Source: Paraspadella gotoi (Eukaryota > Animalia > Chaetognatha). From it: a DNA stretch of 64,000 bases. Under the pieces are notes generated by a model. The model was given only the letters and a program-made list of their open reading frames with translations. It ran no database searches and was not told where the DNA came from. Below are positions 34,994 to 46,796 of the stretch, piece after piece. The stretch's first letter is position 1. Every line of letters begins with the position of its first letter. The DNA lies in assembly GCA_051294375.1 (NCBI GenBank), contig CM119265.1, positions 15,476,963-15,540,962 of the forward strand. The letters run 5' to 3'. The translations under genes and the position numbers were made by a program.

Positions 34994-37900
34994 ATGGAGA
35001 TAGCGGTGTCGGTCAAAGACGTCGTGGAGGCGACGACACAATTTTTGAGTCAACCCTCTGAAGCCAACATGACGAAGTTGCAGCGCAACTTTGATGCTGT
35101 CAATGGTCTGGTTTCGCGCGACAGCTCGGGAACCATTTTTAAAGGTACTTAACGATCACCGTGATTAGCGATTGAAAATTTTATTTGGCACTCTTTCTTT
35201 AAATTTAATCTAATTTCCGGTGCTCCGACAGTTCTCAATCCCCGCGGGATGCTGGGTGTGGAGTGCCTCTCTAATCTCTCGACCCTGTTATCATCGTCTT
35301 TCCGCATTCGCTCCACCCTTTCCTCTCGACTCCTGCAATTTCTCGAGCTTCTCGTCCGCGACGACGAGATTCGAACTGCGCTGCACGAATCTTTCAACTG
35401 CCTGGCAGCGATCTCCTCTTTCCTGCAGAATCACGACACGGGCCCGAAGGACGAGGCGACTGTCAAGTGCGTCTCGCTGCTGCAGCGCATCACTTTCGGG
35501 GTCGAGTCCAGCAACGAGTCGCACCAGCATCTCGAGTTTCTCGTCAGCCTCCTCTTTTCCCTCGTCCTCGGTAACGAGGAGCCGTCGCTCACCCTTTCGT
35601 CTCTGGCGTTATTGGCCAACCTGTCCAAAAACAATTCCTTTGTTCAATCGCTCGTCAAGAATCACGTCAATATCAAGGCGTTTTACAAGCGGCTCATCAT
35701 CTGCCTCAACTGCAAGGAAGATACTGCAGTCATCGTCTGTGCCAAGTCCATCTTTGCCAACCTTTACTTGAATTCCCAGGGGTGTAACGATCGACTGGGC
35801 GAAAAGTTTTTCAGGTCAGTTTTTCATTTCAATACTGAACGGCAATTGTTTATTTTTCTCAATTCCCTACATTACAGTCAGGCCAACATTCGACAAACGT
35901 TTCAATTGGTGCTCAACTGCATGCAAAAAGCCACAGAGTCGACGACTCTCTTGGCGCAGAGCTACGGCGCCGACTTGCTGTTGACCCTACTCCACGTGCC
36001 TGTCTTTGTTGACTGCCTTTTGGGATACGACAATCGCGACGCCTTCGTCCGAGGATGCCTCGACCTCCTCGTCCACTTCCAATCGCGACGCAAATCTCTC
36101 AAGGACGGCGCCGCCTTCATTCTTTCCAAGTTTCTCCAGTTGGTGTCATTGTTCACAGAGTTGGAAGAATTGCACCAGATCCTGGCAGCGTCTATCAACT
36201 CCTCGGTCGGAGGGGTGAGTAAGATCTTTCGCCTTTTCTCGAGTTTTTCGATGATTGGATCGTGTTTTTTCTTCCGCTAGGAACCGTCTTATTTGATGAC
36301 TTGTCTCCTAAACATAGTGGAAACGGGACCCAAGCTTATGACTGCCGGATCGTTGAAAGCGGCCGAGGCCTCGGTCGATGTTCTCGAGCGTTTGAAAAAG
36401 TAAGTTTTTCGATTCGATTTGCTTCGCAATAGCTTGGTGCGTTTTCCTTCGACTTTTCCTTTTATCATTCTATTGGTAGAATCGGTGCGGCGGGGACGTC
36501 GACGTTGTTTGTCAGTCACGTGATACCCGTTTGTTCCCTAGTTTTGAGGGCTTTAATCGATCAGCCTCCTATTAGTCAAGCGGTGAGTTAACGTCATGTA
36601 TTTGGTTTAAATAAAAAATGGGGCATATTTTACTTTCGCCGACCGGGGTTAGGATGGTTTAGGGTTAAGCGTGGTTAGGGTTAATAGGGTTCAGGGTTAG
36701 GATAATTAGGTAATATTTTTTAAATTTTTTTTTTAAAATAAGACGCCAAAACCAGATCGGCGAAAGTCTTAGCTAAATAAAGTCGACAAATAAATCCTAC
36801 AGCCTCTTGCTCCTCGCGACTCTATTTCCACTGGCTCCAACGTCCAGACATCAACGTCAACGCCGTCCGACATTCCATCAGAACCTTTGCTCGCTGTCAC
36901 CGCCACCATCTTTAAACTTCTGGCGTCATTAATGCAGTTTCCCGACGCCATTGCCTCGTTTCGAAATCGACTTTCCTTCAATTGCCCAATTGTGGTTAGT
37001 ATGGCAACGGGGAGACAAGTGATGCCCGGGGAGTGAGGCGTCTCCCGACAGCTGGCGCTCAGGACTTTGGACCTGCAGTGACCACCCTGTGTCACTGGCG
37101 TGTTTATACCGACCCCATCACACTTTACCAGCGTGGCCGTGAGGAGATTGAACCCGGAACTCACGGTTGGTGAGCGAGTACTTAGCTGTTCAAGCCAATA
37201 TGTTTGTTTCAGATCATAGAAAATTTGAGAAGTCAGTTCAGCGCTTCCTCCGGGCAAATCGCCTTTCCCGACGCGAGGACAGACGTCATTTTATACTCTC
37301 TTAAATTTTTAGTCGTTGCAGATAAAATGAAAGGTAAGGGGACTAAATAGTAGATTAACTTAATATATAAGAGAAGTGATTGATCTCGGAACTTCTATTT
37401 TTTTTTCTTAAACGATCAGGCATCGCCTCAGACGAAATTTCATCGCAGTTGACGAGTTTTCTCGAAGACTCGCAGATCAGCGCCCTTATCGCTAGAGCCG
37501 TGAGTTCCAAGGTTCAGGACCGCGTTCAAGTCGGCCTCTTTCTTCTCCACGAAACGATGGGCAACTCCCACTTTAGCGCGGAACAAGTGAGTTTACTGCC
37601 TCGACGGGTTCATTAATTTTCTAACCTTATTTTATTATTTTCAGTTTGCCGCGACTCTATCTTCTTTAAATGCTACGAAAGCAAGTGATGCCGCCGTGGA
37701 CTATCCATCCAAACGTCATGCCTCAATGACAAGGTAATCATCTCCTATTTGAAGCCAAATTAGATTTTTTTTGTATCATACTAGTTCTCTCATTTTGTTT
37801 CTAGCTTGCACCTTTCGAACGGCAACAAGGAAAACGTTTTTCTTACTTCGAAATCGGTAAAGCAGGTGAAAAGAATGCATATTTCATAAAGCAGTTGTCT

Positions 37901-40900
37901 ATAATTTTCGTGCTTGATTGTTTTTTGCTAAGCATTTACGAAGTATAAATTCCTCCTTTATAAAGCTTTACTTTAATCAGCTTGGCGATTAAAGTTAGTA
38001 TTTATATAATATTAACCTTATGTATTTTTCTAAGGATCTGTTTATTCTAAAACCATTTCAGGATTCTTTGGCCGACGTGGACGTTATAATCGGTAAATTG
38101 TCTACGGAGGTCGCCGAAGGAAAAGATCTGCGGACGTCGGAGATTCTCTCCGTTTACGAGCACAAATTCAAATCGCTTTCGATGAAGGAAAACCACTTGC
38201 AAGTGAGCGTCAAAAGAGGGTATTTGATTTCGAATACTATTTTTATACTATTTCGTCAATAGCTTTCAATTTAAACGGGTCTTTAAATATACGTATTATT
38301 AAATACAAATTTGACCATTTATTAGAGATCGCGCGACTGGGACGAACAAAATCATTTCCTCTATCCAAGCCTTATTGTCCCTTTAATTTATCTAAATTCT
38401 ATCTCTGCCACACGCTCCTTAATTAGGACCTCCTCGATGCCAAAGCCCTTGCCCTGGCCCAGGCTGACAGGCTGATCGCGCAATACCGCTGTCGTAAGGC
38501 GGAATCCGAGGCAGAGATGACAAGGCTTCGCTCTTTGCTACATCAATCTGAGAAAGAGGCGGAAAAGTCGAGGGACTTACTCAACACGGGTGAGTTCTTT
38601 TCTATCTCTAAACGACCTCTGACTAAGTAGTATAACTTTTAATCAATGTTTACTTCTCTCGATCTAACAACAACCATCTTAATTGTTTGTCTTTATTTTG
38701 TGCCAATGGAATCGACGTTGAAAGTTAAAAGGAAAAAAATCACAGAATTTTAAAAATCAATAAAAGCACTTGACAAGTTGCGCGTTGGAAACAATTTTTT
38801 CTTTTTTTTTTTTTTGAAACCCAATCGGTCAATCAATGCAACCTTTGCCATTTCGAATACACATCACCGTTTGTTGAATGGAATGAGAGGCGGAGGGAGT
38901 CCTCCCTGAGGTTTGGGTACCAAAGGTGGTGGCGTCGGGGCCTTCCTTGTCGGCGCCGGGCGGCTCGGGATCAGAGGCGGAGCTGTCAAAGTTGAAGGTT
39001 TTATCACGGAAATTAAGTTTATAATACGTAATCTATACTGATAAAATATTAAGTTAACGCATACTTGCGGTGGAACTCCTGGGCAAAACATTTCCTGTAG
39101 GTACGGGCGGCGGCACCCGACCTTGTGTCACTGGCGGCTGCATCATTTGCTGGGGAATGTTGCCTGTTGACCATGGAGACTGCTGGGGGATCGGGGAAGG
39201 ACTAACTATGTGCCCAGAGCTTGGCCGTCCACCTGGGGGCCGCCCAGGTCGAGATCCTGCAGTTGCGGGCCGCATGACTGGAGGCGGACGCGGCGGTCCG
39301 TCCGATGCCGTCTCCGTCTTTATCCAGTCCGTGTTAACCGGAGGCGGAAGGGGCTTCGACACAGTCGATATGTTTACCTCTGAGATGATGTCGAGCGCTT
39401 CCTGTAACATTTAAGTAAAACTTGAAGAATAATCCCTTGGATACCGAGACTTGTACCGCACCTTGCAGGCGTGGTAGGTTCTCAACATGTCGTTTCTTCT
39501 CGCTTCCTCCTCCGCCGATTCCTCCATCATCCTTGACTGGTCCCCGGACGCATAGAGACTCGCTAAAAGGTCGTCTTTGACGAACGTCTTCAGGTCGTTT
39601 ATAATTAGGTGGACGATTGTTTTGGGGACGAGATCTTTTGTAGTCTTAACTACGATCTTCATATAAGACTCGACGAGGTTACGGATCGTGGCCACTTGAC
39701 GCTCAAGAACGGGATCCCCAGTCTTCTTGTAACTTTCTGCGTTGGAGATATGAACTTTTGTGAATTCAATTGGATCACTTGACCTTCCTCCATTTCTTAC
39801 GAACCGTCGTCGTAAGAGCCCGAAATCTCGGAGCCGTTGTCACCGCCGTCCACGGGAAAAACACCCGCTCTCAAGAATGAGCTTTTCCAACTGGCCACTT
39901 CGTCCGGATTATTGTGCGAAAGTTCAAGTTGTTTGTGTTCCCTGGCAAAACAAAATAAAAATGGAATGTAACAGTAGGTCGTATTTTTCTAAAAAACTAA
40001 CCTGTAAATGTTCATGTTGTTGCTATTAAAAAGGGCGAAGCGGGATCTGTTCGACATGAACCCAGTGTCCATGTCTTTGAGTTTGAGACCGTCCAGCGGC
40101 AACATGTATTGCTTCTCCTTTTCCGTGTCATCTTTGAACCAAGACAGGGCGTCGGCTGCGTTAGAGCGTTAGGATGTGAGACCTTCAGCGACATTTCTGC
40201 GCATTTAATTAAAACTTACCAGTGAGGACGAACCAAAACTCCTTGGATCTGAGGCTAATGCCGTGAATGGTGAGATTTCCTTTTCTTATGACGACGTTGG
40301 ACCCTCGACCTGCCCCTTTTCCGCCGCTGCTTCCTCCGGAAGATTTGTTTTCCACCGTCGCGTTAGCATTAGCAAAACCTGCGACATAATTTTAGTAGTT
40401 TGGTTTATTAAATGTAGTCACTTTTTTTTTCAATTTTTACCGATAAAATCCTCGTGGTTGGTGTTTATATAGGCCTGCTGAACCTCGACGTATTGATCGA
40501 AGTGTTCCCGACATCGCTGTTGCGTGGCGCTGATTCGGCCCATGACTACGCGTTCCGTCTCGTCTCGTAAAGCCGGATATCGGCTCATTAGTCGCGATGC
40601 GATGTCAGCAATAACCTTTTGCAACTCTTCCATCACCATGTCGATGCACTTAAGCAAGGGAAGTAAAATGAACTAGTTTAAAACCATTTTCCATTATTAC
40701 GTTAGTTGTTTTTTTTACCCTCATTATCGGCCCCCGAATGTCGCTTATTTGGTCATTTACGATCCCATCGAAAGCCATCTTTGGAGTAAACAACCCAGTG
40801 CGGATTCCCTGCGCGTTGAGAATGGCTTTGCCGATTTTCGCATGCAAGGCTTTCTCGTCAGATTCGAGCCGAGCGAGTTCGAACATAAACTTGTCGTAGA

Positions 40901-43292
40901 ATATACGATTGATTTTAGCGCCGCCTGGTTAAGTGGGTGGTAGTTCGCACCAATGATAATTTTTTTGTTTAGAATAAAAATAAATAGTGACAAAAATACC
41001 TGACAATTTGTTAGTCATGACTTCTCCTGAGCCGCGACCCTCTATAGCTTCGAACAAATCGTCTCCGAATTGGCGCACGATTTGAATCAGCGCTTTCGTC
41101 TTTCGGTTTGGATCATCGACTCCGAATTGTTTGAATTCTTGAACCTCCTTCTCCATCTTAAGCAGCTGGGATTGAAGTTGGTTCCTGTTTCGATACATGT
41201 TTCTTTTAAAATGTATTTTTAGGTTGGTCAAGATTTTATTGACCTTGTCATGATGATAATCCGGTGGAAGTGATGACGAATGCGTTAAATCGTACAGAAA
41301 ATGTTATTACTTATTTACCTAAGCGCGGGTAAAGTATCCTTAATATGATTCGTCAGTTGTTGATTGAGGACTTTTTGAAGATAAGGAGTTCCCATTTTGT
41401 CCGCCATATGAGAATAAGACGGATGTGAGAGAAAATATTTTCTCTCAGACGCCAATGCAGCTTTGATATCCTTTTTTCCTTAAAATTTAAAAATCAACGT
41501 TTAGCGTCAAATCCTAATCACCCTTTTATCGATCTCCAATCTCATACAACCATTTATATCCTTTTGACTTCTGTTGACCACGCCGACATAACCCCGTCGC
41601 AAGGGCAGCGTCTTGTTCTCCAGCACATCCTTGGCGTCGGTGCCGTCGTCCATAAGGTCAAGCTTGGTGATAACGCCGATTGTGCGTGTCGACCCAGGGT
41701 CGACTTCCTTGGCTATCTTCAGCGCGTCTGAATTGGCGAGGTCCGAGTTGGCCGGTGATACCGCAAGGATTAAGCAGTTTTCTTTAGTAATAAACTGAGA
41801 AAAACGTGTAAAACTTAGTCTCGAGACACCTAGAATGAAACGAAGGCACTGCTGTGTACCTCCATAAGCATGTTCCGGATTTGAGTCTCGATGTCTGGCG
41901 GCTGATCGCCGACTGCAACTTTTGTCATCCCGGGCAGATCGATGAGCGTCAGGTTGAGGACGTGTGGTGAGTACACGCGCAAGTTGATGGGGATGGAGGA
42001 AATTCCTTTGTTCGTCCCCGTCGCGCGGTCCGTTTCGCTCTCTATCTCTAATCTAGGATCAAAATATTCGCAGGTTGGCGATAATTCTTTCGAGTAATAG
42101 TTATAATTTCGTCCTCACCTGACTTCCTCGAAGTTAGTGTAGTATTTGCCCCGTTGGTGCAGAAATTCGGCGTATTCGGATGTGCTGTTGATCAGCTGGA
42201 GAATTAAGGGCCTTCTGGTGACAATCCCTGAGCCACGAGGCAGGAAATCTCTGCATTGAAACGTGTGAATATTTAGATGCAGGAGATGGTAGGGGAATAG
42301 TTTACATTTATGACTTGAATACTATCATGCACTCACCGTCCCACGAAATTTTCCAAGACGCTGCTCTTTCCTGCCGATTGACTACCGACGACGGCGATTT
42401 GAGGCAGGTCCAATCCAAGTGGCACGCCCAGGCGAGCAAACGCGTCTTGTAGCCGATTCACTACTGGAATGAGCTGTGCCATCCCTGCGTTCCCGCCTGA
42501 CGCCGCCATGGTGTGGTAGGGCGACCGCCGACGTTAGCGTGAAGACCGTGATGGGAAGGAAAGGTGCGAGTATCGGTTACGCGAGAATTTTAAATACTTA
42601 GTTTCGTCGAATTAATAAAGGATTTCGATATAAGGTGTAATAAAGTTTAATCGTAGTCGCAGAATTTTGGTTTTGAAGACAATTTTAGGGACTTTCTTTC
42701 CTTTTTTTTTCGAAGTTATTTCTACCGAACCGCCCCCTTAGCCAGAGCCGAGGATTTTCGTCGAGTCTCATCGATCGGGGAAAAAAAGTTTCGAAGAACC
42801 TTTTACGAACCCAGTATCGAGTTTCTCCAACACCAATTTCCATATCCGAGTAAATAGTTGTAGTAATTCATCGTATTTTTTTTCGAGTCCTTAAGGGTTC
42901 ATCGTGCTTTCTTCCGAATTTTCCTTTTTTCCCCCGTTCCTATCGAAAAAAGGTTCGAAAGTGGTAGCCGAGACCAGAGTACTGAGGAGCGAGCTGCTTC
43001 CCAGTTCTGCTTGCTCCCTTTATCTTTCTTTCTCTCTGTCTCTCTCTCGTGGCTTCGTGCTTAAGCTGACAATTGAGGATAATCCGTTCAAATAAGTCCT
43101 CTTCGAAAAAGCTTTTTTTTTTGGATGCTCGATTGAGATTGATGAGTCGCTGAGAAGGACGGAGGCCAGTGGACGGAGCTGATTTCGTTTCCCCAGCTTC
43201 GTTATTCGGTTATGATCTTCGGGACGGATCACAACAATTGGATCCGTTCGTTTTTCTCGGGTTTTCTGTTACTGCCGGTTGGAGCTATTAGT

Positions 43293-43340
<48 letters not shown>

Positions 43341-44505
43341 TGCCAGTGACGTCAGCGTTTTTCAACCTACTTTTCCCTTGAACCAGCGATCGAACTTCCT
43401 CCTCAGTCCATTCTACTCTTCCTTCTTTCCCTTATTTTCGTGTCTGTCAGCTCCTGCCCTCTTATAACCGGTTTCGTCAACTCTCTCTCTCTCTCCCTTG
43501 GCGTCGCTTCCCCTTCAGAGATCCTTTTTTGGAATGGCGCCGCTTGTCTTTTATTTTTCCACCTTTTCGGTTAAATTGCCCCCCATCGAGTGGGAAGTAA
43601 ATTAAAGACAAAAAACCTAGCTTTTTATTGATTCGATCAATCGATGTAAAGCCTTTACTAAAGGGCCAGTATTATTATTATTATTATTTGAGGAATTATA
43701 TAACAAATATCATCGTAAAACTACTTATAAATACAATTATCGCTCATTTGATCCATTTCTTTAAATTAAAAATACTAAACTAACTAACTAAACTAACCAA
43801 TTTTATTTTTTTCTTCCAGCGCGACTCGAGGTGGATCGACTTCAAAACCTCAACGATGAACTCAAAAGCGAAAAGGCGAATCTGGAGAAGACGGAAGAGG
43901 CGTTCAAGAAGCTGACTGTGGAGCGAGCGGAAACCGTCAAGAAGTTGGAGGAATCCGTGAGGAACAACCAGAAACTGAGACAAGAAAACAAAACTCTCAC
44001 TGTGAGTGCTGAGCAGAAGTTTAAAGGAAGGGCCATAAGAAAATATAGTCTGACCTGGTTACTCTCTCTTCTCCTCCAGGAAATGAACGACATGCAGAAG
44101 AAGCACAACGAGTCACTCCGCGCCACAAACGATAATCAGGCAGAGCAGATCGCCGTCCTCGACGAAGCCTCTCGACGTCTCAAGGACGAACTCGACGTCG
44201 CCGTCGCCGAACTCACGCAGACAAAGCAGAGGGCGCAGCAGAGGGCCGATGAAGGTGAAGCGCTCGAACGGGAAAAACTCAAGCTTGAGGAAAGCATCGA
44301 CAGCTACAGGAAGAAGTTGGACCTACTGGAAAAAGCCAACCGGGACCAGAAACACCAACTGACCAGCCTCAAAGTCGTCGTGGAAAAACACGAGGCCGCT
44401 ATCGTGGACAAGGAAAAAACCAACAAGGAGTTGGAGGAGAAACTGGCTCAGCATTCTGCTATGATTTCTATGATACAAAATATAACCACGGGACGGAAAA
44501 ACTGA
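34994..44505 (+). CDS. CIP2A: CIP2A (KIAA1524): ARM region plus C-terminal coiled coil; multi-exon with a 5.2-kb intron 38590-43819
   Basis: '[25 protein letters not shown]|[30 protein letters not shown]' matches recalled CIP2A, as does the ending '[15 protein letters not shown]'. The splice 38589/43820 is in frame (T-A-R-L-E-V). Confidence 0.88.
36632..36767. repeat. Small TIR-bounded element with degenerate TTAGG-like interior
   Basis: actttcgccga ... tcggcgaaagt terminal inverted repeat; a related fragment lies on the opposite strand near 45480-45531. Confidence 0.45.
37000..37198 (-). mobile_element. tRNA-headed SINE-like element carrying a twister ribozyme, filling a CIP2A intron
   Basis: Minus strand: tRNA-like head (TGGCTTGAACAG...GGTTCAATCTCC B-box-like) at 37133-37198, then a twister core, then the tail gggcatcac...gttgccata shared with the LTR family end. 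Confidence 0.65.
37051..37132 (-). ncRNA. Predicted twister ribozyme, P5-type, divergent variant
   Basis: GCUGGU AAA GUGU GA UGG GGUCGGUA UAA ACAC GC CAGUGAC acagggug GUCACUG CAGG UCCAAAGU CCUG AGC GCCAGC. P2, P4, P5 and T1 all differ from the LTR twister yet still pair. Confidence 0.8.
38864..42509 (-). CDS. DNM: Classical dynamin (GTPase, middle, PH, GED, PRD), multi-exon, nested in CIP2A intron
   Basis: '[12 protein letters not shown]...[26 protein letters not shown]', '[14 protein letters not shown]', '[12 protein letters not shown]', '[12 protein letters not shown]', '[11 protein letters not shown]', PH 'FWFVLT', GED '[13 protein letters not shown]', proline-rich tail. Confidence 0.95.
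43293..43335. repeat. (GA)n microsatellite
   Basis: Pure GA dinucleotide run. Confidence 0.95.
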
Positions 44506-44935
44506 AATTGTGTGGTTGGGGATGATCTAGACCGGGGCAAAGTATTTCGAATGAATTTCTCGAATTAGCTTTCTGTAGTTAATTGCCTTAATGCCGCCTT
44601 ACGTTTTCTATATACAAAACATTCCTTTGAATTCTATTTAATGTTATTTGTTGACGAAAAAAAAATTTTTTTTTCGATATCCTTGCGAAAATATAATGTT
44701 ATGAATTTCGATTTCATTTTTAATACGTAAAATAGAGAAAAACGAACACGATTTAAAATAAGTAATGACCAATAAGTGATAAATACTGAATAGTTTTTTA
44801 AAAACAAAATTTCAAATGTCCGAAAGTGAGATAATTAATAAATGTAATAGACATATCCAAGAGATATTCAACCGAGCATCCTTAAATATATTTCTCGCCA
44901 CTCTCGTCGAATGTCACCCCCAAAAAAAATCTGAT

Positions 44936-45892
44936 TCAAATTTGGTAATTTCTAAATTTGTAGAGCAGAGATCCAGGTTCGGGAGCGGCCGAATTCCAAT
45001 CGGTGGTCGCCATAAAAGATGGTGGGGATTGCGTGAAACCTTCGGGCGTCGTCGCGGGCCCTGGCGGCGATTCCGGCGTTGTTGGCATCGGCGCCGGATT
45101 TTCCTGCAGCATCGACTTCTTTTTTGGGGCGGCCCAATGCATCGAGGCGTCGATCGTATCCCCCATCCTCGCGAACTCGTCGAAAGGAATGGCCAGCTTC
45201 GCTGCACGCCAGTTGTCGTATCTATAAAAATATTTTTGAAAAACAAATTAAAACAAACAAATTTTGGCGTTTTTTGAAAAACAAATTGCGATGTGATCCA
45301 TCCTTTCTTTTCGTTACGTTAGTAGATTAGTGAAAAGTTTTTATTCGATTTCTGTAACGAATTTATTTCATTTTAAAGCGGACATGTTCCGGCTTTTGTT
45401 ACAGAAATCAAATAAAACCTTTTCACTTAAAGAAAAATAAATTAAAAACATAAAATATTACCCAATTAATAGGTAATTACTTAAACCCTAACCACCTTGA
45501 ACTACTTTATAACCACCCTAACCCCGGTCGATGATGATAATGCACGGTCACCCTCAGATTTTGTCTCCCTTACTTTTTTCTCGATTGCTCATCTGTCAAA
45601 ATGGTTTTAGCGCGAAAGATTTTTTGAAAAAGCCTTTTCTTTTCGTCGTCTCCTGGATATTTGTCCGGGTGACAGGACATCACGCGTTTTCGATATTCTA
45701 AGCAAAGAACAAGTTAATTTCGAGGCTTAATACACTGTCATGCATCAATTTAATAAAGATTTATATTTTACAATTATGTCTTTATATAAAAATACCGGCG
45801 TTGATTTGCTCAACAGAAGACGTCTCGTCGCAGCCAAGAAGACCATAAAAATCATTGTCTTTATCAGGAGAATAGTTTAAAATAGCATCCAT
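44936..45892 (-). CDS. DNAJC12: DnaJ homolog subfamily C member 12 (3 exons)
   Basis: Spliced read '[32 protein letters not shown]|[16 protein letters not shown]...|YDNWR...[10 protein letters not shown]...[11 protein letters not shown]' matches recalled DNAJC12 N- and C-termini; HPD motif present. Mostly missed by the ORF track. Confidence 0.92.
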
Positions 45893-46796
45893 GGTTAGTT
45901 TGAGGCGCTGAAATTGAAAATGTTTTGCTGGTAACTTTATCGTTTAGCACTTTTAATATTTTCAGCTTTTAGAATAGTCGAAGTGTCCTACGATTTAAAA
46001 GGAAAAGATGTAAGGGAACTATTTGTCAATACGACAATATGCAAATGAGATTGATGAACTCTATCTGATTCTTGGTTGCATCAAAAGTTCCTTCCTTATT
46101 AAGATGTTAAATATGAAACATATAAAACCACTTCATCAATTTCTCTTCTCTACTCTATCATGAAAATGTTTATAATATCTACTTAATTGTGTTTGCGAAG
46201 ACATGCAAAGTAAGGTAAGTGTGGTAAGTGTAACTATTTGCCCTAATAGCGAAATAAACTTTTTGGCCTACATTTTGTTTTATAATAATAACGAAGAGCT
46301 GTCAGTGATGACGTATATTATTTCTTTGTGTTGACAGAGACCAATGATTACAGTTAAAGTAATAACCAAAAATCCTGTTTTCTTTTTTTTTTTCAATTTC
46401 AAATCGAGTTGGTTTGTATTTCGCCTCCACCTACTGAACTGTTCGTTCACTATTTTGATCCGACTTTCTTTTGACCGGGTTCATCAACTTCTCGTTTTTC
46501 TCGTGATCAGGGGCTGAGATATTTGTTCGACATTCTGTGCCTCAATCGAACCTCTCCTAGTTCAGTTTCAGTAATCAGTATCGTCGAAAGAAAATACGGG
46601 ATTCAGTTGCCGGCATTCGAAATTTGGTCGAGAGAGAGTTCCGCCCCGGATGATTAAAGGTCCTGCGATCAGTCCCGACCGCGTGATTCACCGAAAGCTA
46701 CGGAGTCCAGAGCATTATCGGAATCTCTTATCTCTCTTTTTTTCTCTTTTTTTTTATTTTCGTCGCCGAATCATCGGCTCGATTCCTGGATTCGAA

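Noticed and set aside
36644-36710. Telomere or interstitial telomeric array
   Set aside because: Short, degenerate TTAGG/TTAGGG-like units inside a small TIR element within an intron.
37133-37198. Functional tRNA gene
   Set aside because: B-box-like motif present, but no complete acceptor or D stem could be built; treated as a SINE head.
44816-45330. Plus-strand and alternative-frame ORFs
   Set aside because: Shadows of the DNAJC12 last exon; the same applies to the many short antisense ORFs over the long exons elsewhere.
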